Assembly: GCA_964489065.1 (NCBI GenBank)
Contig: CAZAXH010000001.1
Span: 374,358 to 438,357 of the forward strand
DNA from: an uncultured Planctomycetales bacterium
Lineage (GTDB): Bacteria; Omnitrophota; Gorgyraeia; Zapsychrales; JANLHA01
Reading direction: 5' to 3'
DNA: 64,000 nt
The notes under the pieces are model-generated. The model made no database searches, was not told the origin of the DNA, and saw only the letters and a program-made list of their open reading frames with translations. Of this stretch, positions 31,195 through 39,592 are shown one piece after another (the stretch's first letter is position 1; each line of letters starts with the position of its first letter). The translations under genes were made by a program, and so were the position numbers.

Positions 31195-34100
31195 TCATGT
31201 GTCCGGGCAGGTTTTCCAAGAAGACGGGACTTCCAAACGATTCCGCCTTCGCTGCCGCCACCTCAGCCACAGAACAAACACCCCCCCTACAATCCAGGCT
31301 GAAGGCGCCGGGGTGTCAAAATCGTCTTCAAATTCCAGCCCCGCCGCGCTGGCCATTTTCTGCCGCTCCTTCATGCCCAACGTTTTCCATTGAGAACTGC
31401 GTTCAACCACGATATGGGACGTCGACGGGATCATGACCCCCCTGGCCTTGCTGTCCCGCACCAAAGCCGGGAGGGCCGACGACAGCCTAGCCGGATTTCT
31501 CATCATAAGGGCGTTGTTGACAAAAAGCCCCAGGGCCTCTGCGTAATCAGATTCGAAAGGAATGTTGAGAGATTGTAACGGCATAAATTTATCTTCCAAA
31601 GGAGCATAGACCTCATAAGCGGCATGCGGCGTTTGTCCCAAATTCGTGGCTAAGCGCCATTGCGGATCAGCAAAGACCGGAACCCAGGCAATATGCGGGC
31701 CATGCTTAACCACAATAATTTCCTTTGTGGCTGCCTCGTTAGCCGGGAAGCCGAGGGAGAAATTTTTTACCCCCGGATCCGGGCCCAAGACATAATACCG
31801 GGACTGCTCCGGAATCAAGCCCTGATAAAACGCCATTTCCTCCGGCCCTAAAAGATGGTCTTCCCGGTCTGTTATCACCACAAAAACAGGATACCATTGC
31901 CATGTGTTAGGAATCCCGGCCGTCAGCTTAGCCCGGTACATCAATAAAATGTGCTTCATGGCCCGGGTCAGGTCCAGACTTCCCCGGCGGGGGAGCCGGG
32001 CCTGTTGAATGACCTGCCGGATCAACGCTGTATCGCCCGGGATAATATAATCCGGGCTTAAAAGTTCAACTTCCAAATTAGCCGCGCTGACCTGAATCAA
32101 GTCCGCTCCGGGGAAAACAGCCCCCGCCTTAAGGATTCTCTCCAGGGCGGTGTCCGCGGTCAGCGTTGAACCGGCAGAGAAATCGAGGATAAAATGCAAA
32201 TAAGGTTTCCGCTGGAAAAACAAAGGGGAATAGGCGGGGTGGGTGAGAAGCATAGCATAATCCCCTCCGGGGCCGCTGCCTGTCAAGGCCATCGGCAGCC
32301 TGCCATTATGCACGGGTTCGTCCTGCAAAAAAATCGGGTACTGGCCGATCTTGATAACCGGGACCATCCCCCGGGGATAAGTCAACTCCAGCTCGGCAAG
32401 ACGGACTTCGTTGTGCCGAAAAGGAAAAATACTCATCTCTATGCGGGTCGGCGACGTATATACAAGCAGCCCCGGGTCGCGGCGCGTCCAGTCCCGAATC
32501 ATATGATAGACCCAGGTGGCGGTTTCCCTTTCGAACAACCGGCCCGGCACCATTTCCTTGTCCACCTGCAGGCGGAAACCCGTGATCAAGACCCCGGCGG
32601 GGATCTCGCATTCCTGAAAAAATTCGGCCGCATCATCCTCGCTGGTGTTTCTCATGGACAACTGCAATCTGGTTACAGTCGTAAATTCTTTCTCTTCACT
32701 GGTCCTCTTGAATGAAGACAATATCACCTCCCGGTTGCGCTGTATCTGACGGCGTTGTCCCCCGCCCCGGGAAGACCGGACACGGCCCCACCGGCCGGAG
32801 AACGAGGCGGACGCAGGCAACTCCGGCACAGATTCCCCCGTAAAAAGCCTGAACATATATTCAATCTTGTCGTCCGGCAAAACCATGCCGTTAAAAACCA
32901 CCTGATTATAAAAAGCGGAAATATACGGCAGCCGGGCACCGGCTTTCATCTTCTTCATTTTGATTAAAATTTCTTTTACCGTACGAACAGATCCTTTAAA
33001 ACGTTGTGGCCGTTCATAATCAGCGCAATACACATAATCCAATGCCCGCTGGATAGCACCCCGGTCCCTCCCCGCCTCCAGGATCAAATACCCCGGCAAT
33101 ATCAGGCAGGCAAGCAACACCAGGGTTGCCGCTTGTGTCCGCCCTGCCTGAAGCGACCATAACCGGACATCGTCCACAAGGATCTTCGTGTGAATTAAAA
33201 ATAGCATTAACGGAATCAGAAAAAGGAAACCCAGACCCATCGCGCAAATCGCCAAGAGGGATAAAGGCAAAAAGGGGAGAAAAACAAGAAAAAAATAAAC
33301 CGTAAAAGGATAGGTCGCGGCCCGGGAGAACACCAGCCAGCCCCGGCGCCGCATCCTCACAAGAGACGGGACAAGCAACACAAGCCCATTAAGGACCGCC
33401 AGGACATAAATTCCCCGAGCCTGGAAATCCGCCGGGAACGGGACATGATAATTCAGGAGCAACCCAGCCAAAGGGCCGACGACCGCCACCAGGGCGATCA
33501 CGGTGTTGTGGATCCACGGGTCTTTTTTTTGATACCAGCCGTAAAATAAAACGCTCAGCCGGATCAGGGCGATGAGTGTGACTAGCGTGATCCCGACGAA
33601 AAAAATAATCCCCACAACCGGCGGGAACCAGCCCCATGTCCACCGGACGCACGTCGACAATCCCAGCATGGCCGTGTACCATAAGGCTGGCGCAGCCACC
33701 GCGACCAGCAGACTGCGCCCGATATCCGCCCCCCGGTTCAGCCGGGTTTCGAAACACGCCAGCCGCATCGCCGCATAAAACAAACCCGGCATCATAAACG
33801 TATATTGCCACAGGATCACCTGCCCTTGATCCAAGGCCCAAGATTCTACCGCACCAGGTATAATATATGTGATCTCCGCTGTCGCAAACCACAAATAAGC
33901 GATATGAGACAAAAGAAAAACCCAATTCCATACCCAGGGGACCTCAAGGTATCCGCTCCGTTTCCAAGAAAAAAGCAGAGCTCCGCATAACACGATCAAC
34001 AATATTTCACTGCCCCCCAGCATCGCTGCCGCCGCCAGATTTTGAGGGAGGACTTCTTCCCGGATGATCCAAAAGGAAAAACAATTCAGCACAAACAATA

Positions 34101-34197
34101 TGCTCTGGGGAAGGATAAAAACCCAAAAGAGCATCATGATTTTCTTAAAAGGGCCTGGTAAAACAGATTCCCGGGCGTCATTGTTCATAAAAACCAA
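31195..34197 (-). CDS. Large (1000 aa) polytopic membrane protein with big extracytoplasmic C-terminal domain and PEP-CTERM-like C-terminal tail (MSEP-CTERM-like family candidate)
   Basis: The N-terminal ~400 aa contain >10 predicted TM helices, followed by a ~550-aa soluble region. The extreme C-terminus DTPAPSAWIVGGVFVLWLRWRQRRRNRL has a short Pro-containing motif, a TM helix and an Arg cluster, the architecture of exosortase sorting signals. Confidence 0.5.
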   Translation of the reverse strand: MVFMNNDARESVLPGPFKKIMMLFWVFILPQSILFVLNCFSFWIIREEVLPQNLAAAAMLGGSEILLIVLCGALLFSWKRSGYLEVPWVWNWVFLLSHIAYLWFATAEITYIIPGAVESWALDQGQVILWQYTFMMPGLFYAAMRLACFETRLNRGADIGRSLLVAVAAPALWYTAMLGLSTCVRWTWGWFPPVVGIIFFVGITLVTLIALIRLSVLFYGWYQKKDPWIHNTVIALVAVVGPLAGLLLNYHVPFPADFQARGIYVLAVLNGLVLLVPSLVRMRRRGWLVFSRAATYPFTVYFFLVFLPFLPLSLLAICAMGLGFLFLIPLMLFLIHTKILVDDVRLWSLQAGRTQAATLVLLACLILPGYLILEAGRDRGAIQRALDYVYCADYERPQRFKGSVRTVKEILIKMKKMKAGARLPYISAFYNQVVFNGMVLPDDKIEYMFRLFTGESVPELPASASFSGRWGRVRSSRGGGQRRQIQRNREVILSSFKRTSEEKEFTTVTRLQLSMRNTSEDDAAEFFQECEIPAGVLITGFRLQVDKEMVPGRLFERETATWVYHMIRDWTRRDPGLLVYTSPTRIEMSIFPFRHNEVRLAELELTYPRGMVPVIKIGQYPIFLQDEPVHNGRLPMALTGSGPGGDYAMLLTHPAYSPLFFQRKPYLHFILDFSAGSTLTADTALERILKAGAVFPGADLIQVSAANLEVELLSPDYIIPGDTALIRQVIQQARLPRRGSLDLTRAMKHILLMYRAKLTAGIPNTWQWYPVFVVITDREDHLLGPEEMAFYQGLIPEQSRYYVLGPDPGVKNFSLGFPANEAATKEIIVVKHGPHIAWVPVFADPQWRLATNLGQTPHAAYEVYAPLEDKFMPLQSLNIPFESDYAEALGLFVNNALMMRNPARLSSALPALVRDSKARGVMIPSTSHIVVERSSQWKTLGMKERQKMASAAGLEFEDDFDTPAPSAWIVGGVFVLWLRWRQRRRNRLEVPSSWKTCPDT

Positions 34198-34621
34198 ACC
34201 TTTCCGTCACTAAATGACTCAAAATAAGGACACCTAAAAAAACAGCGATTCCAACCGCCATGTGGATCACCGGCTGAAAATAAGCCGGGAAAAGCGCCCG
34301 GCTCAGACACGCAACATGGTAGGCACACGTCATCCGGGCGGCGTTGGCAAAAATGGTCGTCAGATAAACCATGGGGATCACCCAAAAGGCCGCTTTCCAG
34401 GCCCGGCGCCGGGGACCGCCCCGGGCAATAACCATCAGCGTATAAAAACCCAGCAACGCAAAAAACCCAAACCCGCTACAACCCTGCGTCACATGAATCG
34501 GGCAGGGTTCCAGGAGAATCCATACTTCCCCACCCTGATCCGGCGTAATCCCGGCGCCATGAAACACGGCGGTCAGCCAAGCCGACGGGTAAGCGAATAA
34601 ATTGTAAATCAAATGTATCAA
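34178..34621 (-). CDS. Small polytopic membrane protein with conserved-looking Cys-Ser-Gly and Arg residues (exosortase-like candidate, very tentative)
   Basis: 147 aa, ~4 TM helices; motif VTQGCSGFGFF in a TM helix plus downstream Arg residues (ANAARM, LSRAL); overlaps the start of the 1000-aa gene by 20 nt and lies 15 nt downstream of PrsW. Confidence 0.35.
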   Translation of the reverse strand: MIHLIYNLFAYPSAWLTAVFHGAGITPDQGGEVWILLEPCPIHVTQGCSGFGFFALLGFYTLMVIARGGPRRRAWKAAFWVIPMVYLTTIFANAARMTCAYHVACLSRALFPAYFQPVIHMAVGIAVFLGVLILSHLVTERFGFYEQ

Positions 34622-34636
34622 ACAGCCGTCCTCTCT

Positions 34637-35326
34637 TTAAATTCCGGACCCCGGCCCGATCATTTTCATCTTTTTTTTGAGTTCCAGGTAATACCACAAA
34701 ACAAGCGGGATCGTAAACAGCGCGAAAACAGACCCTAATATCGGAGATAAAAAAAGAAGAAAATCATAACATCCGTGGATCAAAACAGCTTCCCATAATC
34801 CTTGATTCATACATTTTTTTTCTTCCTCAAGGCGGGTTAAAGTCCTAGCACGCTTGGCCCGCCCAATATAATATCCCATGACGCCCGAACACACGGCATG
34901 CATAGGCACCGCCGTAAACCCCCGGGCCAGAGCCATACTCCAGGAATGATTGACCACATAAAGGATGTTCTCCATACAGGCAAAGCCCATGCTCGCCACG
35001 ACAGTGAAAACAATGCCGTCCCGTTCCCCCCGAAAAAAATCAGCGCTATAAATATATTTTTTAATAATCCTTAATTTAATATATTCCTCGCACAATCCGG
35101 CGACGATAAAAGCTTCAAAAAAATAATACAGGATAAAAGACCAGGGCGGAAAAATATTATACTGGGCCAAAATCACTTCCAAAATATAAACTGGAAGTGT
35201 GTAAATAATTCCCAAAAGAAACACTTTGATTATAGACCTTTTCGGCGCAGGGTGGGCTTTATAGAAATACCGCACCAGCAGTAAAGCCGGCAGCACCGCC
35301 GACACGAAAGAAAAAAGTGTATGCAT
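34637..35326 (-). CDS. PrsW-family intramembrane metalloprotease
   Basis: 229 aa polytopic; diagnostic motifs CEEYIKL (EExxK), GFACMENILY (FxxxEN) and HGCYDF (HxxxD). Confidence 0.7.
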   Translation of the reverse strand: MHTLFSFVSAVLPALLLVRYFYKAHPAPKRSIIKVFLLGIIYTLPVYILEVILAQYNIFPPWSFILYYFFEAFIVAGLCEEYIKLRIIKKYIYSADFFRGERDGIVFTVVASMGFACMENILYVVNHSWSMALARGFTAVPMHAVCSGVMGYYIGRAKRARTLTRLEEEKKCMNQGLWEAVLIHGCYDFLLFLSPILGSVFALFTIPLVLWYYLELKKKMKMIGPGSGI

Positions 35327-35424
35327 AGCGATCTGGCCTTTAAAAGATGGGGCCCCAAAAGGGAGCCCGAAGGTTCTCGTCTCCCGATATCCATATCATC
35401 CGTTTGTCTCCCGCCTGCTCCCTT

Positions 35425-36237
35425 TCAGGAGAAGAGACCCGAGGTCCAAAGCTCCAAGATAACGACCCCTGCCCCCACGCTGACCGCGGCCCAGGCGTGC
35501 CGCCAACGGACGTCCAGCCGAGGGTAAGCGCCCCTAAATAAACACCGGCTCAGCTCACCCGACAACCAGCCCCCCACGAGAGCCATCCCCAGAATCCCCG
35601 CCATAAAGATACAGTAACGCATCAGGCGCGAAAAATCATAAATGCTATTATAAACAACAATCCCTGCCAGATACGGGAACACTCCGCCGAGCAGGACTCC
35701 GGCTCGTCTTAGATGAGTCATGTCCGGAGAAAGTCCCGTCAAAGGGAGGGAACGCATAAACGCCCAACCTCCCGCGGCCAGACAATATATTCCCGCCGCA
35801 AAAAGTCCTTCCGCCGGGCAGCCCAGCGCAATCATCCGGCCCGGATCACCGAACCCTTTTAAAATGGAACTGCCCAAGACAAGATACAAGCCATTTCCAA
35901 CCAAGGAGGCAACCCCCGCCATCGCCAGCGGCAGCGCATAAGGACTCCGGCTTGTTTTCAAGGACGCCAAAAAGGCTGCGCCCCCCAGTATCCCCAGAAA
36001 GATACCCGCAACGGAAATTGCAAAATGCGGCGCCGTAACCGGAATATTGTATATCACCACCGACCTCGTAAACGGCTGCAATTGAATTTTCGTCACCTCT
36101 CCTCCGCACCCCAGGATAACCAGAACATGACCCGCTTCGTGCAAAGCGATCGCCGCGACGCATCCAAATGCCAAGGACCCGGCTAAATGCAACGCGAGTT
36201 TTAGACATTCCCGGAACTTATGCCGCACTCTCTTCAT
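35425..36237 (-). CDS. Polytopic membrane protein with HExxH (HEAGH) motif in a TM helix - putative site-2-protease-like (M50-like) metalloprotease
   Basis: Likely start MKRVRHKF (ATG ~36237); the track ORF 35425..36447 extends upstream through a low-complexity Arg/Gly-rich stretch and is probably over-called; HEAGH sits within the first TM helix. Confidence 0.5.
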   Translation of the reverse strand: MKRVRHKFRECLKLALHLAGSLAFGCVAAIALHEAGHVLVILGCGGEVTKIQLQPFTRSVVIYNIPVTAPHFAISVAGIFLGILGGAAFLASLKTSRSPYALPLAMAGVASLVGNGLYLVLGSSILKGFGDPGRMIALGCPAEGLFAAGIYCLAAGGWAFMRSLPLTGLSPDMTHLRRAGVLLGGVFPYLAGIVVYNSIYDFSRLMRYCIFMAGILGMALVGGWLSGELSRCLFRGAYPRLDVRWRHAWAAVSVGAGVVILELWTSGLFS

Positions 36238-36317
36238 TTCACCTTTGCCCCGAAGCCTTTGTGGGTACGGGCTCATCCGCACACTAAAAAAACCAGGCGG
36301 CCGCCTGTTGAAAAACA

Positions 36318-36527
36318 TTATGCCTCTTTGCGGATAAGCAACGTGTAGCTGACCAACCCTCCGGCTACCAAAACCGCCCCGGCAATAAAAGGCAAACTGG
36401 CGGCAGCGGTCAAAACCACCTGAGTGCCGGCGATAAACGGCACACACAACATCATACCGTAAGCGCCTGCCGCGACAGAAACCAAAGCAGCCGCTTTACA
36501 TAAACTTCGAATGGCTTCCGGTGTCAT
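36318..36527 (-). CDS. Small (69 aa) two-TM hydrophobic protein
   Basis: MTPEAIRSLCKAAALVSVAAGAYGMMLCVPFIAGTQVVLTAAASLPFIAGAVLVAGGLVSYTLLIRKEA; strong AGGAGGG RBS 6 nt upstream of the ATG; the track ORF (36318..36566) starts 13 codons further up. Confidence 0.45.
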   Translation of the reverse strand: MTPEAIRSLCKAAALVSVAAGAYGMMLCVPFIAGTQVVLTAAASLPFIAGAVLVAGGLVSYTLLIRKEA

Positions 36528-36605
36528 AGGTGACCCTCCTTTCTTTATATTTTTTCCCTTTAACACGATCCCGGCCTTCCGGGGCCATGGGCCTCCCCGG
36601 CGATC

Positions 36606-37994
36606 CTAGCTGAATTCGGCCTCACACCATTTCCGATAACCGCTCTTCAAAAACATATAGACACCCAGCCAGCAAACCAGGCTCACCCCTAAATTGGTTA
36701 CGCCGTAAAAATGTCCGCTGACCATAAATAACACCTGGGCGAGGGCGCACAAAAGGCTTCCGTGAATGATGACAAACCACGGCCGCGCAGAATAGCAACT
36801 CATAAAGACAACCCAGGATAACGTCAACAACGCGAAACTTCCCGTCAGTAAAAGGTACCCCCAAAAACGCGGCAGGACCAGTTCCGCCGGTTTAAAAACC
36901 AAATGCGGAATCAAGATCAGGTACAAAACAAAAAGGGACCAATAAAGGCCTAATCCCCCCAACAAAACCAGCCCCTGCTCCTGAAGGAAATCCTCCTTGC
37001 GCACAGGCTTCAAGATATCGTAACCCCAGGTAGTCATATTACGGTGATTCGCACACAGCACCAGCAAGACCGGGGCGACAGTATATAGCAGAAAATTATT
37101 ATACGGGTCATCAAAAAGGCCATGACCCCAAGAGAAACGGCTGATAGCGGCCATATAGGCCGGAGTTAAAACCAATAACGCCATCCACACACTCTTTAAT
37201 TCAGCGAAATCGATCCGGTGCCAATGAAGCGCCCGGCGCCATAGCGCGGCCCGCCGGGGGTATGGGGGAAGAGCCGGAACCACAGACCGAAGCCCCAAAC
37301 GTTTCCGGAGAGTGCGCACGCCGCGGGTATACAGCTCGCCCGCCTTAATCTGATTATGCAAAAATTCTTTCTGCGGCCAGGACATCATATACCCGTACTC
37401 AAAGGATTCCTCTTGGAGAGACATCGTCCTGCTGGCCAAAATCAACATCAAAGCGGCGCTCGCCAAGCCTAAGACAGGTTGCCAAACAATGTTTTCCGTC
37501 AAGAAAACAACAAGATTATACGCCTGCCAGGAAAGCACCAGCAGGAAAAAATAGGATAGATAAACAAGCATATTAATTGACAAATACCCCACCCAAATAA
37601 CCAAAGAAATCACCAAAGCGCACAAGACAAAAACTGACCAGACCGCGGCCGCTTTCACGATAATAATGGGGTACAGACTAACCAGCCAATACCCAAAAAC
37701 AATGACAAAAAATGCGAAGAACGTAAAAGGGACGATAATATGTGCGGCACGGTAATGGGGGAGCAACGAAGCCCTGTGCTGGGCCATCTGCCTTTTTAAA
37801 AGAACGCCGGCGGTGAAGGCCAGCCACACGCTCACAACGACAAAAAACGTAAAAAAGTCATCCGCAATGGCCACGAGTCTATGCTCCAGGGAAAACCTGG
37901 AAAGCACCGCGGTCCCTAATAAACTCAACGCCAAAATCCGATAAGGCAAATACCGGACGTAAAGAAGAACGACCTGATAATAACGGTTTTTCAT
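36606..37994 (-). CDS. Polytopic membrane protein, putative ABC-2-type permease partner of the upstream ATPase
   Basis: 462 aa, ~10-12 TM helices, start overlaps the ABC ATPase stop by 4 nt (ATGA); no recognisable motif beyond topology. Confidence 0.5.
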   Translation of the reverse strand: MKNRYYQVVLLYVRYLPYRILALSLLGTAVLSRFSLEHRLVAIADDFFTFFVVVSVWLAFTAGVLLKRQMAQHRASLLPHYRAAHIIVPFTFFAFFVIVFGYWLVSLYPIIIVKAAAVWSVFVLCALVISLVIWVGYLSINMLVYLSYFFLLVLSWQAYNLVVFLTENIVWQPVLGLASAALMLILASRTMSLQEESFEYGYMMSWPQKEFLHNQIKAGELYTRGVRTLRKRLGLRSVVPALPPYPRRAALWRRALHWHRIDFAELKSVWMALLVLTPAYMAAISRFSWGHGLFDDPYNNFLLYTVAPVLLVLCANHRNMTTWGYDILKPVRKEDFLQEQGLVLLGGLGLYWSLFVLYLILIPHLVFKPAELVLPRFWGYLLLTGSFALLTLSWVVFMSCYSARPWFVIIHGSLLCALAQVLFMVSGHFYGVTNLGVSLVCWLGVYMFLKSGYRKWCEAEFS

Positions 37995-38870
37995 GCGTGC
38001 AGCTCCAGAAATATCTCTTCCAGGTTTAAATCCTCCACTTCAATTTTGGCGTTAAGACGCCGCTCCATCTGGGATTTCATCCCGGCATTAAACCCCCGCA
38101 CAGACAAAACCGCCTCATATTGAGACAACTCGCAGTGCAGGACCCCGTCCAGCGGGATATCCCGGGACAAAGGAACAGAAGAAACAATCCTCAACCGTTT
38201 CACTTCATCTTTCAGGACATCCAGTTCTCCGCAGAAATCGATAGCCCCGTTTTTAAGCAAGGCCACCCGGTCTGCCACGCGTTCCAAATCGGTCGTAATA
38301 TGCGTGGAAAAAAATATCGTGCATTCGCGGTCCGCGACAATGTTTAAAATCGTTTTCAAAAATTTCCGCCGGGCCGCCGGGTCCAGGCTCGCCACCGGCT
38401 CGTCAAAAACCAGCAATTCAGGCTCATGCCCCAAGGCGAGGATAATCGCGAGTTTCTGCGCCTGCCCCTCGGAAAGCAGGCCGACTTTTTCCTCCTCGTC
38501 CAGTTCCCAGTCCTGAAGCAGCTTACCGACCAGCGGCATCTTCCACCGGGGATAAAAAGACGCCGTATACGCGACAAGTTGCCGGACGGTGAGCCAGGGA
38601 TACGGCCGGTCAGATTGCGGGACATATCCTATGCGCTCTTTGGTGCTTTCCAGAAAATTTCCCGGGTTGTCCCCCAGCACCGATATCCGCCCCTCCTGGG
38701 GATACATGAGGCCTAATACGCATTTTATAAGCGTCGTTTTCCCGGCCCCGTTCTTCCCTAAAAGGCCTAAGACCGATCCCCTGGGAACCGCTAAAGACAA
38801 ATCGTCAAGAACCGGTTTACTCTTATACCGTTTCGTGACATGCTGGATTTGGATCACGGGATCATTCATG
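37991..38870 (-). CDS. ABC transporter ATP-binding protein (ABC-2 / YtrB-like)
   Basis: Walker A GKNGAGKTT, signature LSEGQAQKLAIILA, Walker B LLVFDEPVASLD; likely start MNDPVIQIQHV, and the track ORF extends 18 codons upstream to 38923 into the GntR gene. Confidence 0.85.
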
Positions 38871-39266
38871 AGCACTCTCCTTCCATAAACGTTCAAGCAT
38901 CGCCGTAACAGTTTCCGGGTCAACAGATAACTGGCAGGCCTGTATTATGACCTGCTTTAAAATCGGGACCAGGGCCTCTTCTCGTTCTTTCATGTCTTTT
39001 TTGGAAATACGGCCTTCTTTAACCCGCATCCCCTGGCCCCGGACATATTCAAGGACCCCCTCCTTCTCAAGCCAGGAATACGCCTTGGAAACTGTCATCG
39101 GATTAATCTCAAGTTCCTGAGCCACCTGCCGCACGGAAGGCAGAAAATCTCCGGGGATGATCCGTTGGGAAGCCGATAAAGTCTTGACCTGATCAATAAT
39201 CTGCCGGTAAATCGGCACCCCGGATGTTGCCGCGATATGGAAATAAAACCTGGCTTTTTCGGTCAT
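38862..39266 (-). CDS. GntR-family transcriptional regulator (YtrA subfamily, short)
   Basis: 134 aa; winged-HTH GDFLPSVRQVAQELEINPMTVSKAYSWLEKEGVLEYVRGQG; short C-terminal helical region typical of YtrA-like regulators that sit in front of ABC-2 cassettes. Confidence 0.8.
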   Translation of the reverse strand: MTEKARFYFHIAATSGVPIYRQIIDQVKTLSASQRIIPGDFLPSVRQVAQELEINPMTVSKAYSWLEKEGVLEYVRGQGMRVKEGRISKKDMKEREEALVPILKQVIIQACQLSVDPETVTAMLERLWKESAHE

Positions 39267-39443
39267 AATGATTCTCCCAAATTCATGCTATGTTTGTGTA
39301 TTATAAGCATAATACAGTAATACACCAAAGTCAAGCGCCGAAAAAAAGAATCCTAATTTCTGCCTGGATAACAATATTTAAGGAAGAGATTTTGAAGCGG
39401 AATGAATTGGCTTCTTAAAATACGTACGAACCTCCCCGAAACC

Positions 39444-39471
39444 GAAGACCGCGGGCATACCCGCGGTCTTC
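39444..39471 (-). terminator. Perfect 12-bp GC-rich hairpin (GAAGACCGCGGG-CATA-CCCGCGGTCTTC) ~120 bp downstream of the giant Cys-repeat gene
   Basis: Seen directly in sequence; no clear U-tract follows on the minus strand, so intrinsic-terminator status is uncertain. Confidence 0.35.
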
Positions 39472-39592
39472 AACGAAAACGGATAAAGGACGTAAACTTC
39501 GGGTTAAATTAAAAGAAGAAAGGTCACGAGCCCCGCCTGTAAAAATTATAAGGCCACAGAATACGGGGCGCGCGGACAAAATCATAAAAAAC

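Noticed and set aside
35425-36447. Full 340-aa extent of the HExxH protein ORF
   Set aside because: The first ~70 codons are Arg/Gly/Cys-rich low complexity and overlap the small upstream peptide gene; the internal ATG at ~36237 gives a sensible membrane protein.
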